Shown here one piece after another: positions 38,701 through 52,473 of a DNA stretch of 64,000 bases. The position numbers were made by a program, and so were the translations under genes. The notes beneath the pieces were generated by a model, which saw nothing but the letters and a program-made list of their open reading frames with translations, was not told the DNA's origin and made no database searches. Source of the stretch: Octopus sinensis (taxonomy: Eukaryota). The stretch is from the NCBI RefSeq assembly GCF_006345805.1, contig NC_042997.1, positions 56,668,001 through 56,732,000 of the forward strand, in the 5' to 3' direction. The first letter of the stretch is position 1. Each line of letters opens with the position of its first letter.

Positions 38701-41700
38701 CAGAAAACCTTTCTCTGTTTGTCAATAGCTGAAATCATCTTTTTGTATCTTGTACCCCACCAATAAGAGTTGTGAGTTTTCATAATCTAGTGTTCACTTA
38801 AACTCACCAATGACACTCATTTCTCTGTCTCCTCAAACTCATGTTCTACATCTTACTCCACCCAAACTAAACTCCACAACTATCATTATAAGTAAGTCTT
38901 CAATCTAAATATTGTTACTGTATAAAACACTCTTCATGTATTTTCAAAATATGCAATCTTTTAAGTTTTCAAATTCTAAAATCAATCCTTTTCTTCAAAC
39001 TTCTAACTCATTAAAATCTCAGGTTCTCAGAAATATAATGTGAATCAGTTTGATCAGGATTAAAAGAAATGTAAGTAAGGAATTAGTTGATTCTCCAAAG
39101 TTAGTCTCATTTAAAACACACACATACACAGACTGAAAGTCATTCTTAGTGATTAATCAAATTGGGATGAAGTTCTCTACATTGAGTTAAGTAAGCTATG
39201 TATAATGTGCTTCACCAAGGAGGTGCAAAGAAAATGCCTATCAACAGTTTGTATTTGAGACTTTTAAGTCAACTGTCCATCCTGCAGTAAGTAATCTGAC
39301 TACTTTCTATAGAAAATATTGGAGAGTCTAATATGAACCCTCTGATTGGAACTTGTAAATCATATACTTTTACTAAGTTAAAATTCTTAAGAGAAACCTT
39401 ATACATATAAATTTCTATGTAGCTTCGTTTACCTTTTTGTACAATAATTGTCATATAAGCATCATCTCATTGCTATTTCAGAATAACATGGAAATGTGCA
39501 ATCACTCTCTAAAACATTTGTAATAGGTACTTTAATAAGTCAATCATTGTATCTGTCCTTCTTTTCAGACATATTCTTATTACTTTTTTTAATGTAATAA
39601 ACAAATATATATAGGTGCAGGAATTGATGTGTTGTTAAGAAGCTTCATTTGAAACCATATAGTTTCAAGTTCAGTCCCACTGCACAGCAACTTGAGCAAG
39701 TGTCTTCAACAATAGCTTCAAGCCAACCAGTGTCTTGTGAGTGAATTTAACTGAGTAGAAGAAAGTTGTGTGAGTAGGTGTGTTTGTTCCCCATCAACAA
39801 CCAGTGTTGATTTATTTATGTCCCCATAACTATTGGTCTCAAGAGACAAACAGAATAAGTACCAGACTTTAAAAAAAAGTACTGGGGTCAATTGGTTGGA
39901 GTAGAGCCTTCAAGGCAATGTCCAGCATAGCCACAATTCAATGACTGAAACAAGTAAAAGATAACAAAAAAAAAGAAGGTAGTCATGACAAAATCTTACA
40001 AAAATGTTAATGTTATATCCTTTAGTGACGACTGTATCTCTGCTTGCTTTAGTCTGCCTGGCTGATAACAAGTTCAACTACCATTTCACATTTTAGTGAC
40101 TAGCAGTAAGAAAGTTATCTAATTGTAAAAGTAATTGTTATGATGGTATTCAAATACTCCAATTTGAAAACCCTTTGCCCAGCAAAGCAGCATAGAAAAT
40201 CATCATCATCATCATTTAACATCCGTTTTCTATGATGACATGGGTTTGATGGTTTGACCAGAACAGGTAAGGCCAGGAGTCACACCAGGTTGCATTGTTT
40301 GGTACGGTTTCTGAGGCTGGATGCACTTCCTAACACCAACCACTTTACAGAGTGTATTGGATGTTTTTTTATGTAACACCAGTACCAGTACTTTTAACGT
40401 GGCACCAACACAAGTACTTTTTATGTGACACTAGCACCAGTATCAATTCTGCAATGGTGAACAGGTTTTCTTGAATACAGGGCACCAGATATCTTGGTCC
40501 TTTGTTATTTCCTTTGAGATCAGCCTTCAATACTTTGCCGTATGTCTTCCTGGGTTTCCCTCCACTTTGAGTAATTGGCACTTTAGTACACAACTGTCTA
40601 CATCCATATACATTACACAACCAAACCAGCACAGTCTTCTCTCTTGCACACTGCATATAATTTCTCTTATGCCCAACTTTTCTCTCAATACACTAGTGCT
40701 GTTGCACATGTACACTGACATTGTATTGGGTCATCCCATAAATAATGTAGTTTTTTTCAATTGCATTAACTAAAAGTCAGTTGCTATAAAAGCAGGTAGT
40801 AATTTTACCTTGTACTTATTCTTAGTGCAAGTTTTGAAGAGTGCAGTTCGATTTTAACAGTTATTTTTTCAAAGCTACATTGGAAGTGACAAAGGAGCAT
40901 ATCTGGCATATTTTGCTTTATGAGTTCAATAAAGGCAACAATGCAACAGAAAGTGCAAGGAATATTAATGCAGTATATGGGGATTGGACAATAAGCATAA
41001 GCCAGTGTCAACGGCGGTTCCAGAAATTCCGAGCTGGAAACTACAGCCTAGAAGACAAACCTCATCCTGGAAGATCTGTAGAGCTCAATGAGGAAGTCCT
41101 GTAAACCCTGATGGAAAAAAAATCTCATTGTAACTGTTGAGGAACTGGCAGAGAAGTTTGGATTTAGTAATTCAACTACTCATCAACACCTGCGTGCCAT
41201 TGGAAAAGTCAGTAAATTAGGTCAATGGGTTCCTCATAAACTTTCTGAGTCTAATCATGCGCAGAGAGTGAATGTGTGCTCTTCTTTGCTATCATGTCTC
41301 AAATGAACCTTTTTTTAGACCGAGTAGTGACTGGTGATGAGAAATGGGCTCTCTATAAAAATGTCAAATGCTGAAGACAGTGGGTAGGGAAAAGAGAAAC
41401 ACTGGCAGCCCAGGCTAAAGGTCTTCACCCATGTAAGGTGTTGCTAACTCTTTGGTGGGATATGAAAGGTTTAGTCCACTTTGAACTTTTCCACCCAAAC
41501 TAAACGATAATAAAGGAGATCTACTGCAAGCAGCATGAGTGGCTTAAGTCAGTGTTAGAAGAAAAACAACCATCTTTGATTTCAAGATGAAATGTGTTCT
41601 TCTGTCAGGATAATGCTCAGCCACATACAGTGAGGATGACATTCCAAAGGCTGAAGCTGTTTGAATGGGAAACGATGCCCCACCCACCATATTCACCAGA

Positions 41701-44700
41701 CATTGCCCCATCTGATTATCATTTATTCTGCAAGTCTTCAAAATCATTTAGATGGAAACAATATGAATTCTGTAGATGAGGTCAGAACAGTACTGGAGGA
41801 GTATTTTTTGTCATGGACAAGTGAGTTTTGGAAGAGGGCCTTGCAAGTCTACCAGATAGATGGAAGAGCATTGTAGAAAATGGAGGAGATTATATTTTAG
41901 ATTAAAAAAGAACTTTGTTGATTTTAATTTTGAAAAATAAATGAAGTATAAAAAAACTGCATTATTTATGAGATAACCCAATACATCCAGCAGAGTATAG
42001 TAGCTTCATTCCTCTCTAGCTTTTACATGTCTTGCATTCAGGGCCCTTGTCTCACTACCATGTAGCATTGCTGTTTGTATATATGCATCATACAATCTTC
42101 CTCTCACTCAGAGAGAGACTTTTGGTTACCAACTAAGTAAAAGTTCTCTAAATTTTCTCCATCCTATTCTAGCAATTACACTTTCTCCAGGGCATTTGAG
42201 AAAATCAATTTCCCAAGGAGCTGTAGTTTTTATGGCTCCTGTGCATCTTCCACATACAAACACTACCTTCTTTAATAACCTTCCCATGATTTCACTGCAC
42301 TTCTTGTGTGCCCATAGCTTGCACTAGGTAGACTGTACAGAATTCCTGCCTACATCTTTCCTAAATATTGAGCAGGGCCACTTACCTGATGGAATTAGGG
42401 GCCTGCCTGTTTTCTTGCTTACTAGAACTTTGACATTAAGGCCATTTGATTCCAGGTTTAGCTTCTACATCTGGAATTTCTTTCCTAATTCTGTTACAGA
42501 ATCTGCTATAAGAGCAATATCTACAGCATACAACAGTTCCCAGGGGCAGCCAGTTTTGAATTCCTTTGTATGGCATGGAGGAAGATGATGAATAGAAGGC
42601 AACTGAGACCGAACCCTCAAGAATGCCTACCTGTACACTAAATTTATCACGATACTCTAATGACAGAACCTCTGAACATGGTTTGTACAGTTTTCACAAG
42701 CCACTCATCAACCCCTAGCTTTCTCAGAGCCCACCATATCACACAACAGAGTACTCCATAAAAGGCTTTCTCTAAGTCAACAAATGCCAAACACTGGCTT
42801 TTTCTTAACAAACATACTTCTCCTGCAGTTGTCTGACTATAAAGATAGTGTGAGTAGTGCTTGCTCCTGGCACAATGCCAAACTGCATTTCATCTAATCT
42901 GATTCTGCTCCTAATTAATTGAGCTATAACACTTTCCATAACTTTCATGACCTGGTCCAGCAACTTGATGCCTCTGTAATTACTCTTAAGGCATCTTCCT
43001 TACCCTTATAGCAGCTGACTATAATGCTTCTACACCAGTCATTGGGGATAACACACTCCTGAATAATCTGATTAACTATATGGGTGACTAGACTATATCC
43101 TACTCAGTCAGATATTTTAAGCATCTCAGCAGTGACTTCCAACAGACCAGGGGCTTTCCTTGTCATCATATCCTTAATTGCTTTATCTATCATACTGCTG
43201 TCAGCACAAATAGCCAGTCCCTCTACTGGTTTCACATAGGGGAGATTCCCTTTCTTCCATTTGTTCTTCACATTCAACATCCTTTCATAGTATCACATCT
43301 ACACCTCTTTCTTTTTTGAGTCACTGAGTACAAGTATACCATTGAACACAAGAATACAAAAATGAAATTTAAATTTAAACTCTCACCTGAATTTATTCCT
43401 AAGGTCTTCTATATATTTGAAGTTGGGTGTCAACTGTCCATTTGATGTAATTACAGACTGTAAATATACAAAAATATAACCAAATATTTAAAAAAATAGT
43501 TTTGTTGTTAAGTTTAAATCCCAAGAAGGTATACAGTTAATTCTACACTGTTTCACTTTAACTAGGTATATTTTATCCAGATTTATTTTTAACCATTTAA
43601 AATTATGAAATTGGAGACATTATTTACATTATATATATTATGTGGACTCTCTCATCATTTCGAAAGATGAATGTTCAGCAAGGCACAGTTGCATGGTGTT
43701 CTTTCTATGGCCATCTGTGTGTAAGGTCAAAGCTGCCTGTTTCCATCGTTTTCTTCCCTATTGTTACTGGACTTATGGAGAAAGTGTTGGTGCTGGCATG
43801 GTTTGTACAGAGCCAGCCCCACTCTTTTGTCCTTCAAAGTTGTATCGGTTTGGTGCAACAAGTGCCATGAGCCTAGTAGCTACCAGGTTGCATGATTTGT
43901 ATGGAGTAACCCTTTCTTGGATGAACAGCTAAAGAGCTGAAAAGCCTCTTCTGCCTTGGGTTCACTGGGAGTCTATGGGTGACTTTCTTCCAGAATATAT
44001 TATTATCAATATGAGTATTATCATCAATGCCAACCACTTTACAGAATGTACCAGGTGCTTGTCATGTGGCACCATTGCCAGCACTTTTTACGTGGCATCA
44101 GCACCAGTGCTTTTTTATGTGGTACCAAAGCCAACACTTTGTACTTTGGTTTTAGAAAATCAATTCTGTTGTAGAGGGTGAGTCTTTTTGAATACAACAA
44201 TGTACCACATACATCAGTCCTCTGTCATCTCTTTTATAAAGCTCAGTGTTTTGAGATTAGCCTTCAATACTTCATCCCATGTCTTCCTGGATTTCCCTCT
44301 CCCACATTTTCCCTCCACTTTAAGTGATCAGCACTTGTTTATGTAACTGTCCTCATCCATCTGCATCATGTGACCAACAGCACAGTCTCTTCTCTTGCAC
44401 ACTGCATATAATTCCTCTTATGCCTAACTTTTCTCTCAAAGCACTAGTGCTCTGTCTCATATGTACACTGACATTTTACATCCAGCAGAGCATACTAGTT
44501 TTGTTCCTCTCTATCTTTGCATATCCTCTGCATTCAGGACCCACGTTTAACTACTATGTTGCATTGCAGCTCATACACATACATCATACAATCCCACTTC
44601 CACTCTGAGAGAAAGACTTTTGGTTGCTAACAGAGGTTAATGCTCTCTGAACTTTCTCCATCCTATTATCTGAAATTTGAAAAGTCTTTTGCTTTTAGCA

Positions 44701-47700
44701 GACTGCCATTGTAATGTTCTATGTGTACATACTAAATTCAGTTGAGGAAAGTGTCTAGCTACATTGTATAGTTTAGAGTGCCTTTTTATTTGATTGAAAC
44801 TTATTTAAGCTTTATCAAATAGGTAATATAAAAATTACATGTGACTGAATGGAAACGAAAATTATTTAGACCGTATATGAGAAGCTAAAGTTAGTGATAT
44901 GTTCAGTGGAAAGTTCAAAATTCTGTTAGTTTACAAAGGCCCTATTCTCAAACTACTTCCCTTCATCAAAGACCTAGAGGTTGCAATAAAGACATTCAAA
45001 ACCAATACTTATAATTACTGTACACAACTTACTGAGGATAGTATATTAAATTCTGTAACAGAGGAAACTTAATCAACTGAGAAAGTGGAAAACATTTGAT
45101 AATAGTGTTATATGTTATGTAGTTGGTGAGTAACTGTTGTAATTGATAACAAATGAAATTCAGTCTTTGTAGTTAAAGTAATTTAAATCTTGCATTTATC
45201 AGAAATGTGATATATTGGTAGTGGGATGTAAGCAGCAAAGAACTGAATATAGCTCGTTGCATGTATTCATTGTGAAGACCCAAGTTAGCCTTGGTTAAAA
45301 AATACTATGGCAAGAAGGAAGTCAGCTGAATAATGAGGCATGACCCACATATTCTCTTACAAGTAATATCAGTAATGCATCATATAGGGTGAAATGTAAC
45401 AGAAAAGTGAAAGATGAATAAAGAGTAAATGGGTTTGTGATTAGGGAATAAATTTCAGTGGTTGAGGATTACAAGGAAGGTGAATTTTCAAGTAAATCTA
45501 TATAATGCAGAATTAATACGGATAAGTGTTATATGCTGGTTGGAAAATTCCTGATGCATATTGAACAGTATGAGATAGTAGGAGGAAGCCACAGAAGGGT
45601 AAGAATGAGGAAGTCAAATACATGTTAGAAAGTCAAGTATTTTTAGCCAGGCGACACTTCAGTCACTCATTATAATTCCACTTACAATACATAAAAACAA
45701 GTTAATTGCCTTTTAACTGACACATAAAAAATGATGTAAAGAACAACGTGATGTATGGCTTTAGTTCAGTTTCAAAAATGTTTATAGCTAAATTCATAAA
45801 AGAAACCTTTTAAAACCCTTCTGACAAATGTTCTTAAAAAGTAATTGTTAAATAAATTAGAATTTATATCTTTCCTCTTTTCTCTTATTCAGAATCTAAA
45901 GACCAGAAACTTTCTTTTACAGGCTCAGTCTGGAAGTGGTGTCCATAACCCTTGCAGGATCCTTGAGCTGGTGAGGCATTAATGTTTGGTTTAAATTGTC
46001 ACTGGTCAACACAGCTGCAGGAAAGACATTCTAAAAGCTGCAGGGAAAAGATTCTAAAAGGCTGCTGTTCTGGAGAGAAAGTAATGGGCATAGTGTTAAG
46101 TGTGGGGCCAAGAGGAAATGGGAGTAGTGGACAGAACAATGGTGACAAGAGGTGGAGATATGAGTAAGTTAAAGAAACCTTAGCAAACTCTAAGGAGCAG
46201 AGGCCATTACAGTAGCAATAAAAAAGACAGAAAGGAAACAGCATGCCTGAGAGGAAGTGTTGTACAGTATGTAATTGTGTATTGAGTAGTTGTGATGTGG
46301 TAGTGGTCAGATGACCCAACAGGCGCAGACACAGTTACAGTTTGTTACCGGTTAGGTTTTGAGTGCCAATGGAAGATGAAACAAGTTAGCATAAGTGTTA
46401 AGGGTGGTAAATGATTCAGCTTCTGCACTGGCAGCATTGGTGTGGGATGAAGATGAGAGCTATGAGGAGTTGTAAGTGATGAGGTCACCAAGGATGATCA
46501 GAGTTGTTGGTTGAGGAATTTGGAGAGTGATAGAGGGAGTAGGTGTATTTGGAGAAATGAGAATAAACTTTGGGCCAGAGTAACTGGATGTCTTTCTTGT
46601 AGAAATTCAAATGAGTGTTTAGAGATAGGGAGAGTGGAGTTTACCTATGCACAGACACCATATTTTAAAGAGAAAGTTGAATAGAAAAGGTAGCAGAGAT
46701 GGGTTGTAGAAAGAAATTTGAGAAATCTGAATTGCAATCAGAAATAGGATAAGTGATTTGCATGTAAGTAAGAGATGGCATGTGGCTCTAGTCCTCAGAT
46801 GGTTGAGAAGAGAATGGAAAATTGGTCAGGTGGTTTGGACTTAGTTTTTGACATGGGAATATGCAGAGGGTGATGGTGCCATGGAAACCTCATGGTCCGT
46901 ATGCTTGAAAACACAGTGAACTTTGCTAAAGGAAATCAATAGCTAGATGATAGGGTCAGACTGGACAGAATGGTGCCTTTTCACTCACACAATGAGGAGA
47001 GGTAGACTTTCTGTGCCCTATTGAAGGGGGCTTATATTAGGAAGAACAAGAGAAAAGTTTTAGGAGAAAAGAAAAAGGAAAAAGAAGTAAATGAAATTTT
47101 AGTAATAGACTTTAAAAAAAAAAAGATAAAAAAACATCTTATTCTACAAAACTAAAATTAACTTACATTTTTCACTGCTGGTGACACATTATAGTCTTCG
47201 AATAACTTTTTAGCATTTGATTCAACCTGTTGAAAAAAAAAAAAAATAATTACAGAAGGACATAATAAGAAAACAAAAAGTACAGCCTTAAATATTTATT
47301 TTCAAGAATAGATATTGAAAATTACTTTATACTGTATCAATATAAATGCTGTGATGATAAAATATTTGTATTATACAAACTTTAAATGTGTAAAGATTAA
47401 CTGCTATTGTTGTGAATGGCTTATAAAAATCCATTTACTTTTTCACACTATGCATGAAGAAAATAATAACATATCCACCCTAACAGTTTAGTTGAAGTAT
47501 GTGATCAAGAAATAACATGAAGCCTGCTTTATTGAAGTAACTGCATAAAGTCTACTTCCAAGCAATTTCAAATTTTATTTCATTTTGTTAAACTAAGCAG
47601 CTTGCAATTTTAAAAAATAAAATTCAAAACTGTTCAATGATGAAATAAAAATTAAAAAGGTAACTATTTGTTTCACAGGGTAATACAGTGTAAATTAATA

Positions 47701-50700
47701 ACCTTTTGCAATTTGTGTAAAATAGCTAGAAAAACATCTATTGTCTCGTGTCAACAACGAAATACTTTTCTGATGTATTCATTTCCACGAGCATCTCACA
47801 AATATATAGCCACAGGCATAATTGTGTGGTTAAGAAGCTCAATTAGAAACCACATGGTTTCAGGTTCAGTTCCACTGCTTGGCATCATGGGCAAGCGTCT
47901 TCTACTATAGCCCCAGACTGACCAATGCCTTGTGAACGAATTTGGTAGATGGAAACTGTGTGGAAGCCCATTGTGTGTATGTGTATGTGTGTGTGTTTAT
48001 CACCCACCACACTACTTGACAACTGGTATTGGTTTGTTTACATCTTTATAACTAAGCAGCTCAGCAAGAGACTGATAAAATAAGTACCAGACTTTAAAAA
48101 TATATACTGAGGTTCATTTGTTTGACACCCTCCAAGGTAGTGCCCCAGCATGGTTGCAGTCCAGTAACTGAAACAAGTAAAAGATAAAAGGTGATGTATA
48201 CATGTACATAGTAGATGCCAGATCACTGGTTAAAAAGTTCAGCAACTTGTTGTAATTATTTTGATAAAAATGTACACAAAAATTAAAATACCCAATATTT
48301 TATTTGCTTATTTAGAATTGAGTTTCCATTATCATCATTTTTACACACTGGTATGGGTTGGAGGAGTTATCTAAGTCCAAGTCACTTCCTTTTTTTTTTT
48401 TGAGCTATTCCCATACAGGTTGGAGGTCACATCAAGCTTGTATGTTCCCCTTTGGCATGGTTTCCATGGTTGAATGCTTTCTTCTTACAGTCAACCTTGT
48501 TACAGAGTGCACTGAGAACATTTCAATGTGATACAAGCACTAAAGGACTTGTCTTGTCTTCAGCAATACTAAAGAGTTCTCTTGGTACTGCACTATCTTT
48601 GTTTGTTCCTTCAGAGGCACCAGAGAGCTTGCTTAATCATCAGTAAGATTACAGAATCCCTTTCCCTCTGCATTGTACTGGTTTGCTAGTTCCTTTCTTC
48701 CTCCTAGAACTCTGGTAAGAAAAGAATCAGTGGTAGGAGGAAGGGGGTGGCAGAAGACAGTAATTAGGGAGAGAAAGTTACATGATGGTTGTTGATAATG
48801 AGGTGCAATAGTAATAACATAAGAGTGTGATGGAAGATAACTAGAGTGAAGAGTAATGAGAAATAGGGAGAGGCAGGGGCAGTAAGCAACTTACATGATG
48901 GTTGTTGAATAAAGATTTCTGTGTAAATATTAAACATCTTAGCTTCCTGGACATAACAAAAAATGTTGTGCTCAACTCAGAATTTTCTAAGATGGCATGA
49001 TAGAAGAAGAGTGATAGTAGGAGAGAGTGATGAATAGCAATAATGATAGTTGATGGTAAGAGAAAGAAACAGGAGGGAAAGAGAGAGAGTAATAGCTAGC
49101 AATAAAGGGCAAAGGTAAGTGAGGAGGACTGAATAGCCAGATCTTTACACAGGTATTTTGGTGAGGGAGGGAAAGAGAGGAGAGACAGCATGATAAATGA
49201 AGAACAGAGAGGAGTGCAGTAGATAGTAGCAAAGATGGTTGACTGCATATGAACACATTAGGCGAAAGACTCAAATGTAGATATTTTACATCCCAACCTC
49301 TATCATCATTTTTGAATGTTTGTTTTCTATGCTTATATAGGTTGGTAGAGTCTTCATCATTGCAGCATTTTGCCACTCAAAGTCCTTTGTCATCTCCTTC
49401 ATGAGGTTTATGCTATTGTAATCAATCTTCACCAGTTAATCATATATCTTCTTTAGTACCATTTTTCCACAAGTTTTGTCCACTCAGAGTACCTGGCACT
49501 TTTTTTTTTTCATATAACTGTCATCCCTTATGCATATCACATGCCTATATCATGTACTAACATCTCTTTTGCATAATAATTTGGCTCTTCTTATATCAAC
49601 TCATTTGTGCTCCATTGATTATGCACACTAGCATTATTAAAAATAGTGACACACACTCGTTTCATCTCTTCCTAGCTTTTACAAATCTTCCATTCATAGT
49701 TCATGTCTTATCATGCAATATCAAATTTCATATACAAGCATCCTACAATCTACTCTTTATGCTGAGAGAGAAACCTTTTGTTGCCAGTAGAGGTAATAGT
49801 AACATACATTGAATTTACCACTCCTGTACTAACACCATTCACCCTTATTGCTAATAATGTCATGTCACTTAGGTAACAAAAGATATCAACCATTTCTAGG
49901 GAACCTTCTGAGCTTTTAAAAGAATTTATTTCACATGTACTCTCACTGCAAACTACTACTGTGCATCTGCCACATACAAAGTCTACCTGTGATCCCACTT
50001 CTTGTGGACCTGTACTTTACACTGGTTACACCATACAAAATTCTTACTTTTTTTCTATGCACTGAGCATGGTCACTTCTCCAAAGGCAGTAACAGTTTTT
50101 TTTTTTACTCCTATTAGTTAAATCAGTCATTGCAAATTTTATTTTGAGGCACCTTAAGTCTCAGTTTTGCTTCTTTGTGCCAGTGGATAGACAAATGGCA
50201 TATGAAAGTAATACATGCCATATACAGAGATGTTATCAGCATGATGAGAGTAACAAGTTCAGCAATGAATTCAGTGTACAGGTTGGTATCCATCAGAATT
50301 AATTTCTCAGCACCCACCTTGTTATTGTAGCTATCCAGGCTATTAAAAAGTTTAAAACCTGTTTCTCATAGGAACTCCTGTGTACTGATGACTTAATTTT
50401 CATAGGTGAATCCTTCAAAGATTTAGAGAGGAATTCCTAAATTTAGAAGCAAACTTAATTATTCTACAAAGTGTCAGACAACTTCAGTTACTTGATCTCA
50501 CCATTTCTTAGCCAACAATATAACTATTCCATTTGCTCTATTACTGGTACCCTCCCAGAAGAATTTACGTTTCTTGCTTGTAACAAATCTCGCTGAGACT
50601 CATGTACATAGCACACATCTACTTGTTGCTGTTCCAATATCTCTACAATCTCTCTAAACACACATTTCTTAGTGCCAATGTTAATGCTAGCAGTTTCAAA

Positions 50701-52414
50701 TCTGACAGGAAGAGGGGTTTTCCAGTGGTGGGTGGGTTTGCTTATTTTCTGCATCTGAAATGAAGAGCATTTGTGCAATTGTTTGATGATGGTCAAGGGC
50801 CTCTTACACATAGCCAGAGATTTCCATCTAATCAATAATTATTATCACAAAACACTAAGGTCCAACTGGAGGCTGGAATATATGTAAAATGTTCAGACAA
50901 GGATACTGACAGATCTCAACTAAGTCCATAGATAATGATCACCGTTAATAAACATACTTTCCATGCTGGCATGGGTTGGATGGTTTGACAAGAGCTAGCA
51001 AGCCAGAGGACAGTAACAAGCTCAATTGTTTGCTTTAGCATGGTTCCTACAGCTGGATGCACTTCCTAATGCCAACCTCTTTACAGAGCATACCGAGTGC
51101 TTTTTTTCATGGCACCAACACTGCCAGGGTCACCAAGTAACTTGCAAAACGAAAACCTTTTGACTGAGAGGAGAAATAGTGTTGAATGAGGTGACTTTGT
51201 GTCAGTGGATGAAAGATTAAAAAGAATAAAAAAAGGCTAGAGATAGGTGTCTTACTGTAGAAGAGATACAAGGATACCCCAGTTGAAAAAAAAAGAGAGA
51301 CAGTCTTAGAGACAAAGACTGAGAGGGAGAAAATGAGAGAGATGCTGGTGTTGACATACCCTAAAGGTACAATGGGTGGGTGGGGGTGAATATGTGAAAT
51401 AATACAGAGGAGTGGACTGGGTGAGTGGGCAGGGGGTGGGGACAAAGGATGAAGGTTCATAAGAATGTGAGGAGAGATGGTTAAAGATGGGACAGAAATG
51501 AAGCAAATAATGGTGAGATATACGAATGGCGCAGTGGGGGTTATGTGAGGGCAACAGGAGTGATAGCAGACAAGAGAGGTGTTAAGATGGACTATAGCAG
51601 AGGGGAGAGAGCAATGGCTGAAGGCACTGAAAGACGGTGATTGGTGGAAACAATGGGACAAGGAAGATAATGAGAAATGGAAGTGGTTCAGTTGGAAGAG
51701 GAAGGTAACCAAATGGAGGAGATGTAATATGTGTTTACTCTGCCCTCAGGTGATTATTGTAGCCAAACAATACCAGAGAGGAGTGATGACTATTAGGGGA
51801 TGAGTGACAGAGAAAATGAAGGTGAGGCAGAGCCCTGCACATACAAGCATTTACCAAGGTGGTTTTAGGATATCAATTCTATTGTGATGGAAGCAAAGCA
51901 CCAGACATTTCAGTCCTTTGCTATCTCCTCCATAAGGCTCAGCATTTTCAGATTGACCAGCAACATTTTATCCCATGTCTTATTTTTTTTTCTAGTTGTT
52001 ATAAAATCTATTATGAGAGCAAGATCATTAGCATAAAGTAGTTCCCATGGGAAGTTGGTCTTAAATTCCTCTGCTATGGCCTGGAGGATGATGATGAATA
52101 GGAGAACCAAATCCTGGTGAACATCTACCTGTACACTAACTTTGTCATTGTACTCATGGTTAACTCTTACCTTACTCACAGCACTACTATACATGGCTTG
52201 TACAGCTTCCACAAGCCATTTGTCTATCCCTAGCTTCCTCAGAGACTACTATATCACAGAATGAGGTACTCTGCCAAAGGCTTTCTCCAGGTCAACAAAT
52301 GCCAAGTACAACAGTTTATTCTTAGCTAATACTTCTGAAGTTGCCTGAATATGAAGAAAGTATAATGTGTGTATTCTTTAAGATATCGTGTGTGTGTGTG
52401 TGTGTGTGTATGTG

Positions 52415-52473
<59 letters not shown>

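Noticed and set aside
37380-39500. Compositionally distinct stretch with a possible minus-strand (G)DFN motif near 39010
   Set aside because: Too decayed to assign by eye. It is possibly an old LINE, but no supportable call can be made.
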